A stretch of 61,393 bases of DNA, filler included, from Basidiobolus ranarum (GCA_040143965.1; 19 parts of 19 records of this genome joined end to end with filler, not necessarily neighbours in it), one strand, 5' to 3'; shown: positions 13,686-28,082, numbered from the whole stretch's first letter. The notes: a model not told the origin generated them from the letters alone. Numbers and translations are program-made.

Positions 13686-14959
13686 CTACACAAGAAGCTA
13701 TGTGGTTACGGAAGTCTTTACAGACTTAGGATAGATGCAAAATAATTATATTTGAAGATAAACAAAGTTGTATTTTATTAGCCAAAAGCCCTACATTTCA
13801 TGCTTGAACAGAACATATCAATTTTAGGCATTGAGTTATTAGTGAAGCATTAAAGAATAATATACATAAATTGGCTATTGCCCTACTGAAGACATGATTG
13901 CTGACATTATAACCAACCTTTAGCTCAAGCACAATTTGAATTATTAGGAGAGAAGTTAAGTTCATGAGAAATTCAAAATAATTGGTTGAGTGGGAGTGTT
14001 GACATTAGTTAAATAGCAACTCATTATTTAGTAAATAGATTATTGCTATTCCAATTATTCAGCACTGAGTTCTGTCATTCAAATATGTGTGTTCATTCCT
14101 CTAATTGATAGAATTAGCAATTAGATCACTTTTATAAATTTTCACTATTTTCTCAAAACATCTCTGAATCATCTCACATTTTCACCCATGCTTCATGGCA
14201 TGTTTGTCATGATCTAAACATTTTTTTTAGACTATAAATAGGTCACATTCAATTCAATAAAACTTGAGTGTATATTACATATAAATTTGCACCTGCTTAA
14301 AATTTCTCCACAATATAGATATTTCATACTTGTTCTAGAAGTCCCAAACCTTGCACACATGTTCCTGTGTCCTCGATTAATGTAATCCATATGTTAGCTT
14401 ACTTACATCATGACAAAAATATATATGTCAACTTTCTAGCTAATAAGTCAATTAATGAAAACCACTAACTTCTTTAATGCTCCAAACCACTTTCATAAGG
14501 CTTTAAAATACTTTTACAGGATATGAACCCCTAGCTTACACTCTCTATAATGTCTACTTCTTAAGTCTCTGCAACTCTTCCCTCTGCTGAAACATTGGAT
14601 GGAACCAATTACCTTGTTTGGAAAATTTAAATGAAATTACTGCTGCAAGAAAGAGGTCTTTGGGACCTTGTTTTAGGAGAAGAAAATAATACAAAACTAT
14701 TGGCTACCAAAGCTATATTTTGGGCAAAAAGAACCAAAAGCCTTTTACACTTTTTGTCTTAATTTTAACCACAAGTTAGTAACTTAATGTTCAAGCACTA
14801 AAGCTACCAAGAAGCTATGGAAAGCCTTGGAAGACACCTACCTAATGTGTTCTGTAGCTAACAAGATGTTTTAAAAAGATAATTCTTTAAGTCAAAAATG
14901 AAATCTGGAAAAGATATAAATTAATAATTTATAAAGTCACTATTTTAGTGGATGACATG
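13686..14959 (+). mobile_element. Degenerate Ty1/Copia pieces: RNase H remnant, PPT, LTR sequence, PBS-like site and start of gag
   Basis: YCPTEDMIAD remnant; TTGAGTGGGAG then TGTTG at ~13996; GGATATGAACCC at ~14519; gag-like LDGTNYLVWK. Confidence 0.8.
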
Positions 14960-16126
14960 CCCTAACAGAAATTTGGGGATTGTTATAGTAGGAAAAGCAT
15001 CACAATTTTAACCCACTTTGGATAGACCACTTGCTCACCTTCATAGAATTATCATGTTAGACTGGATTTAATCAATTTTATCAGTTTCAGGAGTGAAATT
15101 TTGATATCTTGCAAAATAGTTGCACAGGATTAGCTACAATCCCAGAGAACTTTGGTCCAACACATGTGCAAAAAACATAACTCAAGTTTTACTCATTTAT
15201 CACTTGTACACCAATTTGTCACCTTTGAAATTCTTAGTTTCTTTAATATAATCTCCTGGATATTTTTATAGAGTACTTTATAAACAAGTTTTAGTGCATA
15301 TCCAACACATGTTTGTATCAATATCACCATCAAAGCCCATCCTTTTATTAATGTTGCTGCATCAACATTCTTCCAGCTATCTGGCAGATATGTTGGAATA
15401 TTGTGCCACACTGTATTGAGTTCTTCCCAGATATCTGCACAGTCAACACCAGATTGAATGTCAAGCTGAATTTTCTTCTTCTGAAGCCACTTTCTGCATA
15501 CTTGCATTGCATTTTTCCCTTCATACTTTTGAAAATACTCCTCAAGCACTTTTACTATTTTCATATGTCCTTGTAGTGGGACACTACTGAGGGTTCTTTG
15601 TGTTGTTTGTGTGCCTTTTTAATTGCCTTTAACTTTGGGACTAATTGCAACACTTTGAAAAGGACCCGTTGAGGTTGCACAAACCCACTGCTCCTTTGCC
15701 TTTCTCTTTATCTTACTAACTTCCTGCTCCTTTGCCTTTCTCTTTATTTTACTAACTTCCTGCTCTTTGAGCACTTGTTTAGCTGCTTTTCTTTCTTTTC
15801 AAAGTATATAATTGTGTGCATTTTTGAGATGTTTTATGAATAGGCCTACATTGGCTCAATTGCCATTTGCTTGAAAAAACCCATGATAAGCCACATGAAA
15901 TAAGTCAAGAACATTTGGAGTAACACCTGGTTTTTGGTTTTTCCACAATTGTCTCAAATCAAAGTAGTTTTGGGCAACATTCCACATAGTTTCCAAAAGT
16001 TAAACCACTCATCATCAGAACAAGTGATGGCAGCTCTGACATTCAGAATCTTTGGTGTGCTGGTTGTCCTATGCAATTTCTGCTTTCATGTACCCAAGTA
16101 ATTTCCGGTTGTTGTGTATGCTAAAT
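14960..16126. mobile_element. CCCTAACAG-family element inserted into Copia gag
   Basis: Starts CCCTAACAGAAATTTG at 14960; internal sequence is shared with contigs 1 and 5. Confidence 0.65.
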
Positions 16127-16399
16127 NNNNNNNNNNNNNNNNNNNNNNNNNNNNNNNNNNNNNNNNNNNNTTAATTAATTAANNNNNNNNNNNNNNNNNN
16201 NNNNNNNNNNNNNNNNNNNNNNNNNNCAGATACAGCAACTGTGCAAAGATTTTGTAATTGGATGAAAAACTTTATTACAGGTTTAAAGAAAACAGACTAA
16301 ATCTATGCTGGTATTCAATACCTTCCCTACTGCATCTTTCACAATGCCTAGAGATTATAATCCCTTGCTCTACATTCTGGGAGTTCCCAATGAGGCATA

Positions 16400-18567
16400 T
16401 CTGCATTTGAACAATGGTAACAATACTTGGATGGAGCAAATCACAAAATCACAGTTCATTGTTATCATAAGAATTTTCAGCATTTGAGTGCAACCAAAGT
16501 TCTCAACTGCCATCATGCAAGATGGTCGTTATTTCTTGCCAGTTTTGATTTTGTGATTACATATCAACCAGGTAGCCAGCAAGGAAAATCTGATGTCTTA
16601 TCATATAGAGTAGAATATCAGCCATAAGAAGGGGATGAGGTCTTTGGCTAACAAAATACTTCCTTATGGAAGCCCCACCAACTTCAAATTAGTGCAACTG
16701 CTCTTTCTCTGCATAGTTCAAGCATATTCCATGAAGACATCTGCAATCTTCAATCTAAAGACTCATTAGTAGTATCAATAAAGAACACCCAGGATAGACT
16801 TACAGGCCTCTCAAGCTTGAACTTTTATGGCCATTTCTCTATTATCAATGATCTCTTGCTCTATAAGAAGCACTTTTACATTCCTGACCACACTTCCAGA
16901 CTCAAAATCATGCAGGAAAGAGATGACTCAACACTTGTAGGACACTTTGGTGTTGCTAAATTATATATGTTGGCATCCGGGGATTTTTGGTGGCCCCAAT
17001 GTTTGAATTTGTGAAGACTTATGTTTCCACATGTGATACTTGTGCTCAAGTGAAGACTCCAAGACATTAGCCCTATGGCCTCCTACAGTCACTTCCAATT
17101 CCTCCTTAGCAAAATATCCTCCACTACATAGACTCCCTGCAGCTATCATCTCTGACCAAGGACCTCAGTTTGCTTCCAAATTCTGGAGGAGTCTTCTCCA
17201 AACCTTGAGTATTTCTGCCAATATCTCAACTACATTCCATCCCCAATGTAATGGCCAAACAGAAAGAGTCAATCAAGTTTTGGAACAATATTTGTAATTC
17301 ACAATCATCTATAATCAGGATAATTGGACACAACTCTTGCCCATTGCTGAATTTGCTCACTATAACTCTTATCATACCTCAACTAAACAAACTCCTTTCT
17401 TTGCAAATTATGGATTCCATCCTTGTTTCACAAATCACCCACCATCCAATCTACCTCACTCTGCTGCCTTAGACCATCCCGCTTTCCTTAAGGACATCCA
17501 TAAACATTTAATATCCAAGTTGGGGCATGCTTAATCCCAATACAAGAACTTTGCTGCTAAGGAAAGAAAGCCAAGCTCAGAACTCAAGCCAGAAGATTTT
17601 ATATGGCTACTCCAAAAAAATTTCAAAATCACTAGACTTTGTGATAAACTTGATAATAAAAGACCAAGGCCTTTTAAGATTATTAAGCAAATCAATTCTG
17701 TAGCCATCCACCTGGGACTGCCAGTCCCATTTCAAAGTACACAATGTATTTCATGTATTTCTCCTAGCATCACATGCCAGAAACACTTTCCAGGGCTGAT
17801 TGATTGACCTACCCCTATCAATCCAAGTTGAAGAACTTCATGAATATGAGGTTAGCAAAATTCTTGACTCAAAAATTTATTGACATAAATTGTAATATTT
17901 AGTGGACTAGAAGGGATGCTCAACAAATGATCACTCATGGAAGCTAGCAACAAATCTTTCCCATTCCAAGGAACTTGGCCAGGAGTTTCATGAAGCCTAC
18001 CCAGAAAACCTGGCCTTACAATGTCCAGAAGCCATCACTAAAGGAGAGGATATAATCATGATTCCAATCTTGGCATACTCATCCACTGCATATAGAACTC
18101 CTGGATTATTAGATTATGACATCATATCTGCTATGCCATCCCTTCTTGGCATTCTTGTGTTAGTTCATCCATGTTACTCTATATGGAAGTCATGTTCTTT
18201 GGAACATTCCATCAGACCTAACCAATCACCTAATCCCACACATAGTGAATTTCCAACAAGATCATCCATGGAAAGTCACCTGATCATCCTTACATCATCC
18301 TTTTGTCATCCTTCTTTGTATTGGTCCTCATAGTCCCCAACACTCCTACACCTGGATTTGGCCCGGTATATTCCCTAATCAGTATATTATGTTTCACCCT
18401 GCAATATCTATATTTGCTCCATGTACCCCTTGATCTGAACTCAGTCTGATCAATGCAAGTTAACAATAAAGATTCTTGCCAAAGTAACTTTCCTGTCCAG
18501 TCTTGTCTAGTCCTGTCTTGTGATCTACACCCGGGTACTCTCCTGCCTTCTAGCCTCCTGTTGTTGC
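16400..18567 (+). mobile_element. Degenerate Ty3/Gypsy chromovirus (end of RNase H, integrase, chromodomain, 3' LTR ~18054-18567)
   Basis: IISDQGPQFASKFW and FHPQCNGQTERVNQ integrase core; close paralog of 9980-12620; PPT AAAGGAGAGGA at ~18040. Confidence 0.93.
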
Positions 18568-18570
18568 TTC

Positions 18571-19368
18571 TGTTGAAATTAGGTAAATGGCAACTCATTA
18601 TTTAGTAGTTAGTTTATTCATATTCAGATTATTTAGTACTCAATTCTGTTAGTCAAAAACGTGTGTGTATTGCTCTAGTTGATAGAAATATCAATTAGAT
18701 CACTTTTACCAATTTTCACTATTTTCTCAAAACTTCTCCAAATCACCTCAAATTTTGACCCATGCTTAACAGGCATGTTTGTTATGATCTAAGCACGTCC
18801 AATAGTCCTATTTCATAGTAAACTATAAATAGGACATATCAATTCCATAAAATTTAAGTGTCTAATTCACAAATCCAAATCTTGTCCAAAACACTTCTAA
18901 ATCCCCTAAACACTTTTATCAGGTTATGAGCCCCAAGCTAGCTGTTAAAGGAATGTCTACCAGGTACTATTACCAACATTTTTGCATCCACAGAGAAGTT
19001 TGATGGTGAAGACTTTCACCATTAGAAGTTCAAGATGCAAATGGTGCTAGAAGACAAGGACCTTTGGGGATTTTTTACAGGAGAAGAAATAGAGCCAAAG
19101 GGACTACCAGAAGCTATCCTTGCCTTTCACAAGAAGCAGAGGAAAGCACTCTCTACACTTTGTCTACATCTCAGAGAGTCTCAATTAAGGCACATACAAT
19201 CAGCCAAAAACATCCAAAATGCTTGGGAAACACTTGAGGGACTATATGAGACTAAACGTCTGGCTAATAGGCTATATCTTAGGTGAAAATTGTTCTCAAT
19301 TCAGATGAATCCTGATGATTCTATGCTTAATCATATAAATCAGATAAAAACTATGGCAGATCAGCTCT
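18571..19368 (+). mobile_element. Ty1/Copia 5' LTR (~18571-18921), PBS GGTTATGAGCCC and degenerate gag
   Basis: TGTTG...ATCA LTR; Copia-type half-tRNA-Met PBS; gag KMQMVLEDKDLW...AWETLEGLYE. Confidence 0.88.
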
Positions 19369-19448
19369 NNNNNNNNNNNNNNNNNNNNNNNNNNNNNNNN
19401 NNNNNNNNNNNNTTAATTAATTAANNNNNNNNNNNNNNNNNNNNNNNN

Positions 19449-20800
19449 NNNNNNNNNNNNNNNNNNNNTACTATATAAGTCACCATATACTCTTAAGAAT
19501 AAACTAACTAAAACACACTATCATAAGTTGCTTCTAATACTCAAAGTCTACCCCATTATGTCAAGATCCTCCAACAGTTCTTGACTCATAATATCTCTGT
19601 ATTCAAAGGTCATTTATACTCAAGTGGTGGTTGGCCTCCAACAGTCAGCAAATAAGCCAAAAGTCACAAACTTATTGAAAAAGGCTGGCATCTGTAGTTT
19701 TAGGAGATATTTTTTATGCTTGGCATGCAAATCATTCACTGCATTTTTCATATTACCAACAAAATTGTGAAGAGTCCACAAATGGTTGAGTACCAAATGG
19801 CTTGACATGAAACAATTACCTTCACTCATACTTGATTATAATCTGAAATGTATTACATCAGCAATAATAGCCATGCTCATACATTTTCATTAGCTTTGAG
19901 TGGTTTCTCAGTAAGCATATATACCTTTGGAAAGGTGTGCAGACCAATAGTGTGAGTTAACCTGAATATTCTTTATACTGCAAGGTATCAAGATTATACT
20001 TTTGTATTATTATCCAGCATTTTGGAACCTAGTCCCCTATTCTGATTGACCAGATTTTAAGGATATCATTGGATGAATTTAAATGGTTTCAGTGTGGATT
20101 CAAATTGGTTTATGTTTTGTTGTATTGAACTTTATGATATTTGTTAGTTACTCCCTTCCTAGTAATGATCCTGGTGGTTTTTGTGTGCATTAAAATATAC
20201 TCTTATTAATGCTATCATGTTTATTTCATTTCAACATAACTTGGCTGGTTTTTATATTACTTTTAATGATTGAAATCTTGCATACTGACTACTTATTGAG
20301 TCTATGAGTTGGTTTGACAGATATGATTACTAAATCTTGCTACTTTCAAATTAATAACTCATCAGATTGTAATTGGTTTGAAACCATTTTATCAATTTGA
20401 ATTAGTTTATTATTAGTTAGTACAATCTGATTGCATCATTAATGACAGACTTCATCTGCTGTATGATTCACTGGTAGTAGATTCCCTACCCTAATAAGAG
20501 CACATATCTGATGTAATTGGTAATTGATTTTTCCTGGCACTTAATTGTTAAAGTTGCTATCAAATGCTTATACAAAGTTAATTGCACCTTTTGATTTAGT
20601 GTGTGCAACAATAAATTCCCCATTCTCTCATTTTTATTAGAGACTAGTGTATGCAGCATGCACATAGCATCCACCCAAGCTGCCTAATGTATGATTTCTG
20701 TACAATAATGTAGCAAAATCTTTGCTATTCTCAAGACTTTGCTTGGTCCAATTTGCTCTACCAATGTCAAACACTTCCGCAGCTCCAATATTCTGTACTC
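19449..20800 (-). mobile_element. Highly decayed, probably Copia pol remnant
   Basis: CpG-poor with no intact ORF; weak integrase-like (W.DA) and RNase-H-like (ELLEDL) traces. Confidence 0.35.
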
Positions 20801-21865
20801 AACTAGTGCTTTAGCTCCATTACAAGGATGGCTATTGCTAAGAAAATTGGCTCAAATTGTTTATCCGGAAACATATTCATTGTCCGGACAAAAGAACAGA
20901 TACTTAAGTAAGAAAGAAAACTGCTAGTTTAAAGTTCATAATAAAATGTCAGTACTGACTGTCTAAATAACTTGTACTACGTTTCTTGAAATATATTACT
21001 CAAAATATGTACACATGAATGGCACAACTTTACGTAGAGACTATCTACATTGTCAAAACCAACTCCATCTCTAGATATTTGTTTGAAATTACGGGATTTG
21101 CAGTAGATAAATGTTGTTTGAATATACGGTGGTTGGAAGATTACTACTTTGAAATTTACTATGCCTTAATCGTTGCTTAGAAGTCAAATGAAGGGTTGAT
21201 TATTTTATGAAAGAATAAATGAAATGAATCATCCCATCCATTTTGCCTTTCCAGCTCCCAGGAGTAACAGAACAGAGCGCTCCGATGACTCTGACACCTG
21301 TTAACACATCTTATCGTCCCAAATATACCAATTTGTTTGTCTTGTGGCACTCGGAGTAGTCAAAGAAGAAGTACACTTCTCAACCTCTTGTTCCAAGTCA
21401 TTGATTTGATCCTTAATTAAGACAAAGTGCTGATCATATACAATGTCTTTGACTACCATGGCTCTGTTACTAAGCGAGTTAAGATTACCAGCTAGGCCAA
21501 GCAAATAAGAAAATTAAGCTTCAACCATGACCATTCTATCACAATTTGCTAAGAAATCACTTTCCTAAAGTGTCACTTTGTTTAGATGAGTGATTTTCAC
21601 TAAATAAAGATCGCGCTACTTAGTGTTTTTCATACTCCCTAATCTAGTACAATACCATCCTTGGTGAGTCGTTGCAAAACAATTAATGGCAGGTTACAGC
21701 AAGCAATGACTTTATTACTTAGGTATACTTGATATGCTGTCCGAGGATGAAATACTAATGATAAAGCAGAAAGAGTCAACCTAGGCTAGGTATATTATTG
21801 TAAGCGAGCTGCATTTGATATTATTACTATAGCCCCAGTGTATAGGGTAGAAATAAATAATATCA

Positions 21866-22608
21866 TCAATTTGAAGTTGCCGTTGTAAATGCAGTTGTAG
21901 CAAAACCTATGTGGAGTTAGTTAGATGGGAGTATTAGCAAAATGGGCTATATTTCAACATACCAATTCTTTTGTTTGCAGTGTCATACACAGTATAGAAT
22001 CTTTCTAAGAATGCCAAACCCAAAATAAAGTCCAACCCTTGTCCAGACTTGGCTCCTTGGTCTCCAAAAGCCAGATATATATCACCGGCCTTCCCACCTA
22101 TCTGAGTGTTCATCGACCGCGGAATTATACAGGCGTTTGCGGTGAGTTCCAATGTTGTGCCTCCAATGGTGATGAATAGTGACTGTAGAGATTCGAATTG
22201 TGCCGTAGTTAGTTTTGGTAACCCAGTAGCTTGATCCATTACCGCACCTGTGGCTTTTATGAAACTTTGAAAGGCCTCTGTAGGAAGCAACACCAATGTT
22301 GTCCCCGAATCAACTATTCCCGGGGTATTTGGCAGAATTGGAGTGGTGCTTCCGTAGCGGATTGAGCCGTCAATGCCCCAGAATTGACTGGCCGGTGATG
22401 TTGTGGTTATCGGAGCGTAAGTAATACTACCAGTGAACTTGGATGAATCAGTGCCACCAAAGGTAATTTCCCCATTTACTTGAGCCTCCGCCGTAGATGG
22501 CTCAAAGTAAATACTAAAAATGTCACTGGGTATTGTTCCCTGTGCGAAAAGAGTGTCAACGACGGTAGGAATAATGGATGAACTATCAGGTGATAATGTT
22601 CCAAGAGT
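21866..22608 (-). CDS. Pepsin-family (A1) aspartic protease, C-terminal lobe; intron 21907-21962; 5' end truncated
   Basis: GEITFGGTD, YWGID, second catalytic motif GIVDSGTT, FILGLAFLERFYTVYD; spliced end RIGFATTAFTTATSN*. Confidence 0.94.
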
Positions 22609-22708
22609 NNNNNNNNNNNNNNNNNNNNNNNNNNNNNNNNNNNNNNNNNNNNTTAATTAATTAANNNNNNNNNNNNNNNNNNNNNNNNNNNNNNNNNNNN
22701 NNNNNNNN

Positions 22709-22931
<223 letters not shown>

Positions 22932-23642
22932 AGTATTCCGAGCTAAAATTTATGAAATTTGTACTATACAGTAGAAAAATAAATCAATGATTTTCACAAG
23001 CTTTTTTTTGTACTTCGAAAAATTCGTCATTGTTAATATAGTAACCGGCTTCGAGGAAGCAACCACCTGTAGTCAGTTGATGGACCTAATGATTTCGACT
23101 TTTAGAGGATCGTTTACTATTTTACCAATATTGTCAAGAAAACGGCGATTAAGTATACCGGATATTCAAGTTGCTCTTATCACAGGAAATGAAATGTCGA
23201 CGTGTGGACTATAAAATTCAATCTATTCTAGTTATTTTTTATATATAATAAAGTCAAAGAATGATCAAATTCATGGGGTTTGGAATAAAGGAGTTTATCT
23301 ATAAATAGGCACTACAGTATGTATATATAAATTTATACATGCTTTACATTTACTGATTATAATCGAAATTGTGTAAATTGTGGGGCCTTGAAAGGTTTCT
23401 TGACTCTGTGTGAATATTGGTTTGTAAAAGGGCGCAGAATCAAGAAAAGAGGGTGGCTGAAATAAATATATTGATCTTCACAATAAAATGCATTCTTCAC
23501 GCATGCTCCTATTGGCTATTTGGTAATATCGGTGACCCCATAATATCATGAAACCACAATGTAGGTGCTGGAGTTAATGACAATTACAAATCTTGATAAG
23601 GATGAATCGGTATAAATCAAATACCAGGAGGGAAACATATAA

Positions 23643-24845
<1,203 letters not shown>

Positions 24846-25747
24846 AGTATGCACATTCTCAATGAATCCGATATTTCGAGTTGCGTTAACCGTATGACAA
24901 ATACACATGTAAAATAATTCACTTAAAATAAACTTGCACCATTTCGCGCTCATTTATCAATACGCTCGATCTTGTTCATCTACTCAGTTAAGCGATTAAT
25001 TGATCGATGGTAGTTATCAACAGATAACACCCTCCATTATCATGGTAATCAGATACTCTGGGTCCCTTGTTTCGGCTTGATGCAAACAGATCTCAGCTCG
25101 AGGGAAAGGGTTTATCCAAATCTAAATCAGCCAATCATCAAGCACACAGTTGACTTATATTAAAGTTGCATAAGCAAACAACGGAATCCCCACCTGACTG
25201 TCATTGGTGCAGAGCCGAGACTTGCATAATCACTCCTAGTTAAATTCCATTCATATATGTAACCAATCCAAGTAAGTTTAGTTTAGTGTTCCTATTTCTA
25301 TATATACAAAGAAATATTTTTAAGGTACTGATCTTTCAAACGTTTGTCATGATCGATTCTTTTTGGTGAATCACCATCCCAAATATAGAAATGTTGAACG
25401 GTCTTTCCTATTTGAGTTGATAAAATAGTGATGTTTAATGTGTTCTAGCGAAAGAATTTTCTCAAATAAGATTGACTGGTTGGATTAAACGACTAGCGTT
25501 GAAATAGCCTCACGTTACCGATATACATATTGTGGATTGCATGTTTGAAGGGAAATCTCCAAAAAATAATGGTGGTTGACTATTGAAGTTCAAGTTTGGA
25601 GAAACGTCGAGGTTTCTTCCAAGAGAGATTAAAAATGGTACTGACACACGTGTAAAAATAAGAATGGTGTAAAGACAATTAAGAGTAAGAATAAACAAAA
25701 GAAGGTCGCATAATATTGCTATGAAGAAGGATAGAGTAGGAGGTCCG

Positions 25748-25847
25748 TTATTCATCCTCATCTAATGTTGGTAAGACTGCACTGTTCCTTCTAGAGGAGG
25801 GTAAGGGGACATCTATATGATTGACTTGCAGTCGCCTGGCCATGGAG
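25748..25847 (-). CDS. Possible C-terminal end of an unknown gene
   Basis: Frame open from the gap: ...SMARRLQVNHIDVPLPSSRRNSAVLPTLDEDE*. Confidence 0.3.
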
Positions 25848-25947
25848 NNNNNNNNNNNNNNNNNNNNNNNNNNNNNNNNNNNNNNNNNNNNTTAATTAAT
25901 TAANNNNNNNNNNNNNNNNNNNNNNNNNNNNNNNNNNNNNNNNNNNN

Positions 25948-26127
25948 GCCCCTTAACACTATATTTACATCCTCTGAGCTTGATTACATTGGTCATCAGG
26001 TTAAGTATGGATATGATTCAGTATTGTCACAATATCTCAAAAGATTGATGTCTTGATTATCACTTTGTTTAGATTAGTATCTAAGCTAAATAAAGTCTAC
26101 ACCATCTGGTGCTTTTCATCCCCCTCA
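25948..26127 (+). mobile_element. LTR-like repeat end interrupting the polB gene
   Basis: AATAAA...CTGGTGCTTTTCATCCCCCTCA ends in CA; related sequence at ~50730-50767 and ~51330-51360; polB similarity stops exactly here. Confidence 0.65.
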
Positions 26128-27828
26128 AGATATTACGTCAACCATTGCTACCGGTTTGTCGTATGTTCCTCCATGAAAAATTTCTGTTCTGCCTCCTATT
26201 GTACTTTGTCAAATTGCCAAATCTTGTTTGGGATTTAAAATTGGCAATAACTTTTGAACGTCTTCTGTGACATCTATGTGATTTTTCAGAGATTTATATG
26301 CCAAACTGGGAAGAGTTAATTCTTTGTCTATATCCATCTTAAGAATATTAAAAAATATGTTTCTGACTTTGTGATAAACTTTGGCCAATATTTTAGTATC
26401 AGAAGTTGTATACTTTTTTATTTTGTTTTTATTTTTTTCGAGAAAAGCCAATATATTTCCTTCAAGATATGCAGACTGTACTTTGGCGTGATTGAAGTCT
26501 TCCTTTTTGGTAGCACAATTAAATTCTTCTGCAACTTTAGCCAATTTTCTCCGCAAAAATCTAAATAAGTCTTTGACCCTAAACCCTAAAACAGACGTGA
26601 ATAGTATTGCATTATTGGCAAATATTTCTCCCCTGTGCCAACAATTGTGTTTATGGGCTGCATTAATTAATAGATAATTGTCAAACTTAGAATTATTATA
26701 TCCAATGAGATAATTTACTATTTTTTTTTGGGTACCTATACTTTCTAAATAATTCATCAGCTCGCCTTCGACATCATGAATATTTGGATCTCCCATTTTA
26801 AACTTTTCGTCAACAATTTCACCATTTTCGTTGGTAACAGTAATGCTATATGCATAAGGCAGCATTTCCATTGTATCTTTGTGCCATACAGTCTCAAAAT
26901 CAAAAAAGTAATAAAACCTCTGTTCTATTCCTTTGAGATTATTTAATGGAACTTCGTCATCTTCACCATAATTTGGGTTTGGATTTTGATAATCAAATAA
27001 TCGCAGTTTTGTCCTACCCGTAATAACATAATAAAGCTCATCTAATAGTAACAAAGAAATTGGTGATTTACCGACACCCCTCAGAAGTTTGGGAATAAAT
27101 TGGTTTTTTCTTGATCCCGGAACTAACTCGTCGGCATAAACGTTAATTTTGACCTTGAGAAATCTTTCTATATAAAACACGTCTTTGATGGAAATGGGTC
27201 CATTGTAATTTTTAACATGTTCCCGAAGCCTCTTGATATCTAAGGGACCAAGAAAATAACTCAAGGCATCAAAAAAGCAGTCGTTGTTATTAGTATTTGA
27301 TGACATATCCAATATATCAAAGCATTTAGACGATATAACATTTTTGTGAATGTTTTTACAACCCCCAGATAATATTTTTTTTGTATGAATTGTGAATAAT
27401 CCATAATTTAATGCACATGTATTCACAATATCGCCTGCACCATCCGATCCTGGAAATAATTCTTCTCCTAAACCTTGTTCATGGTTGGCAATTTTGTCAA
27501 AAATATACTTCCGACCTTTCTGAAGAATTTTATGCATTTTGATAGATAAAAAACTTGTTTTATTAAAATCGGAAACGAATCCCAGTGTAACATTTGTTAT
27601 AGTATATGTATTCATATTTGATATCATCTGACATGCCTCATTGACATTATCTATAAAATCAGAATCGGTTACTGGCGGAAAACATCCCTCTTTAAGTTTG
27701 AAATTAAATTTGGTGGGTCCTTGAACAGTTTTTCCTACAACATAAATATAAATGTCATTGAATTGATGTATAGGTAAAGGGGGAGGTGTGTAATTAGGTA
27801 AATTTTGGGCCCAAATATCATCTCCCAT
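26128..27828 (-). pseudogene. polB: Protein-primed family B DNA polymerase (Polinton/Maverick- or linear-plasmid-like) with N-terminal OTU-like domain; disrupted
   Basis: ExoI FFDFETV, ExoII IGYNNSKFDNYLL, ExoIII YTTSDTKIL, TLPSLAY. Reading through the TGA at 26209-26211 gives QSTIGGRTEIF...VAMVDVIS (GGRxE motif and start of motif A). NNDCFFDAL lies upstream. Confidence 0.88.
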
Positions 27829-27851
27829 TATTGGCAATCAATAGTTAATAC

Positions 27852-28082
27852 ATGTCTGAAAGATTAAATATAAACAATTCAAAAAGAAAATTGGTGTGCA
27901 AAAGTTATGCAATTAAATATAACAATCCGAATATAGACAATAGAATAACTCTTAGAGAATTTATAGATAAAATTAAATTTGCATGCGAAATAAATTCAAC
28001 AGACAAAATGGCCAAACCTTTACAAAAATATGTCGAAGATTTTGAGAAGCAATACGATTGGTCTAAATATGGCGAAGTATAA
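27852..28082 (+). CDS. Small charged protein of unknown function, divergent from polB
   Basis: 76-aa ATG ORF with protein-like composition in very AT-rich DNA; ATG is 23 bp from the polB ATG. Confidence 0.5.
   Translation: MSERLNINNSKRKLVCKSYAIKYNNPNIDNRITLREFIDKIKFACEINSTDKMAKPLQKYVEDFEKQYDWSKYGEV

Noticed and set aside
21230-21504. Possible gene remnant
   Set aside because: No recognisable motif or consistent splice structure.
26209-26211. TGA read as Trp (mitochondrial-plasmid genetic code)
   Set aside because: Trp elsewhere in the ORF is TGG, and the motif context expects Arg, so a CGA>TGA mutation is more likely.
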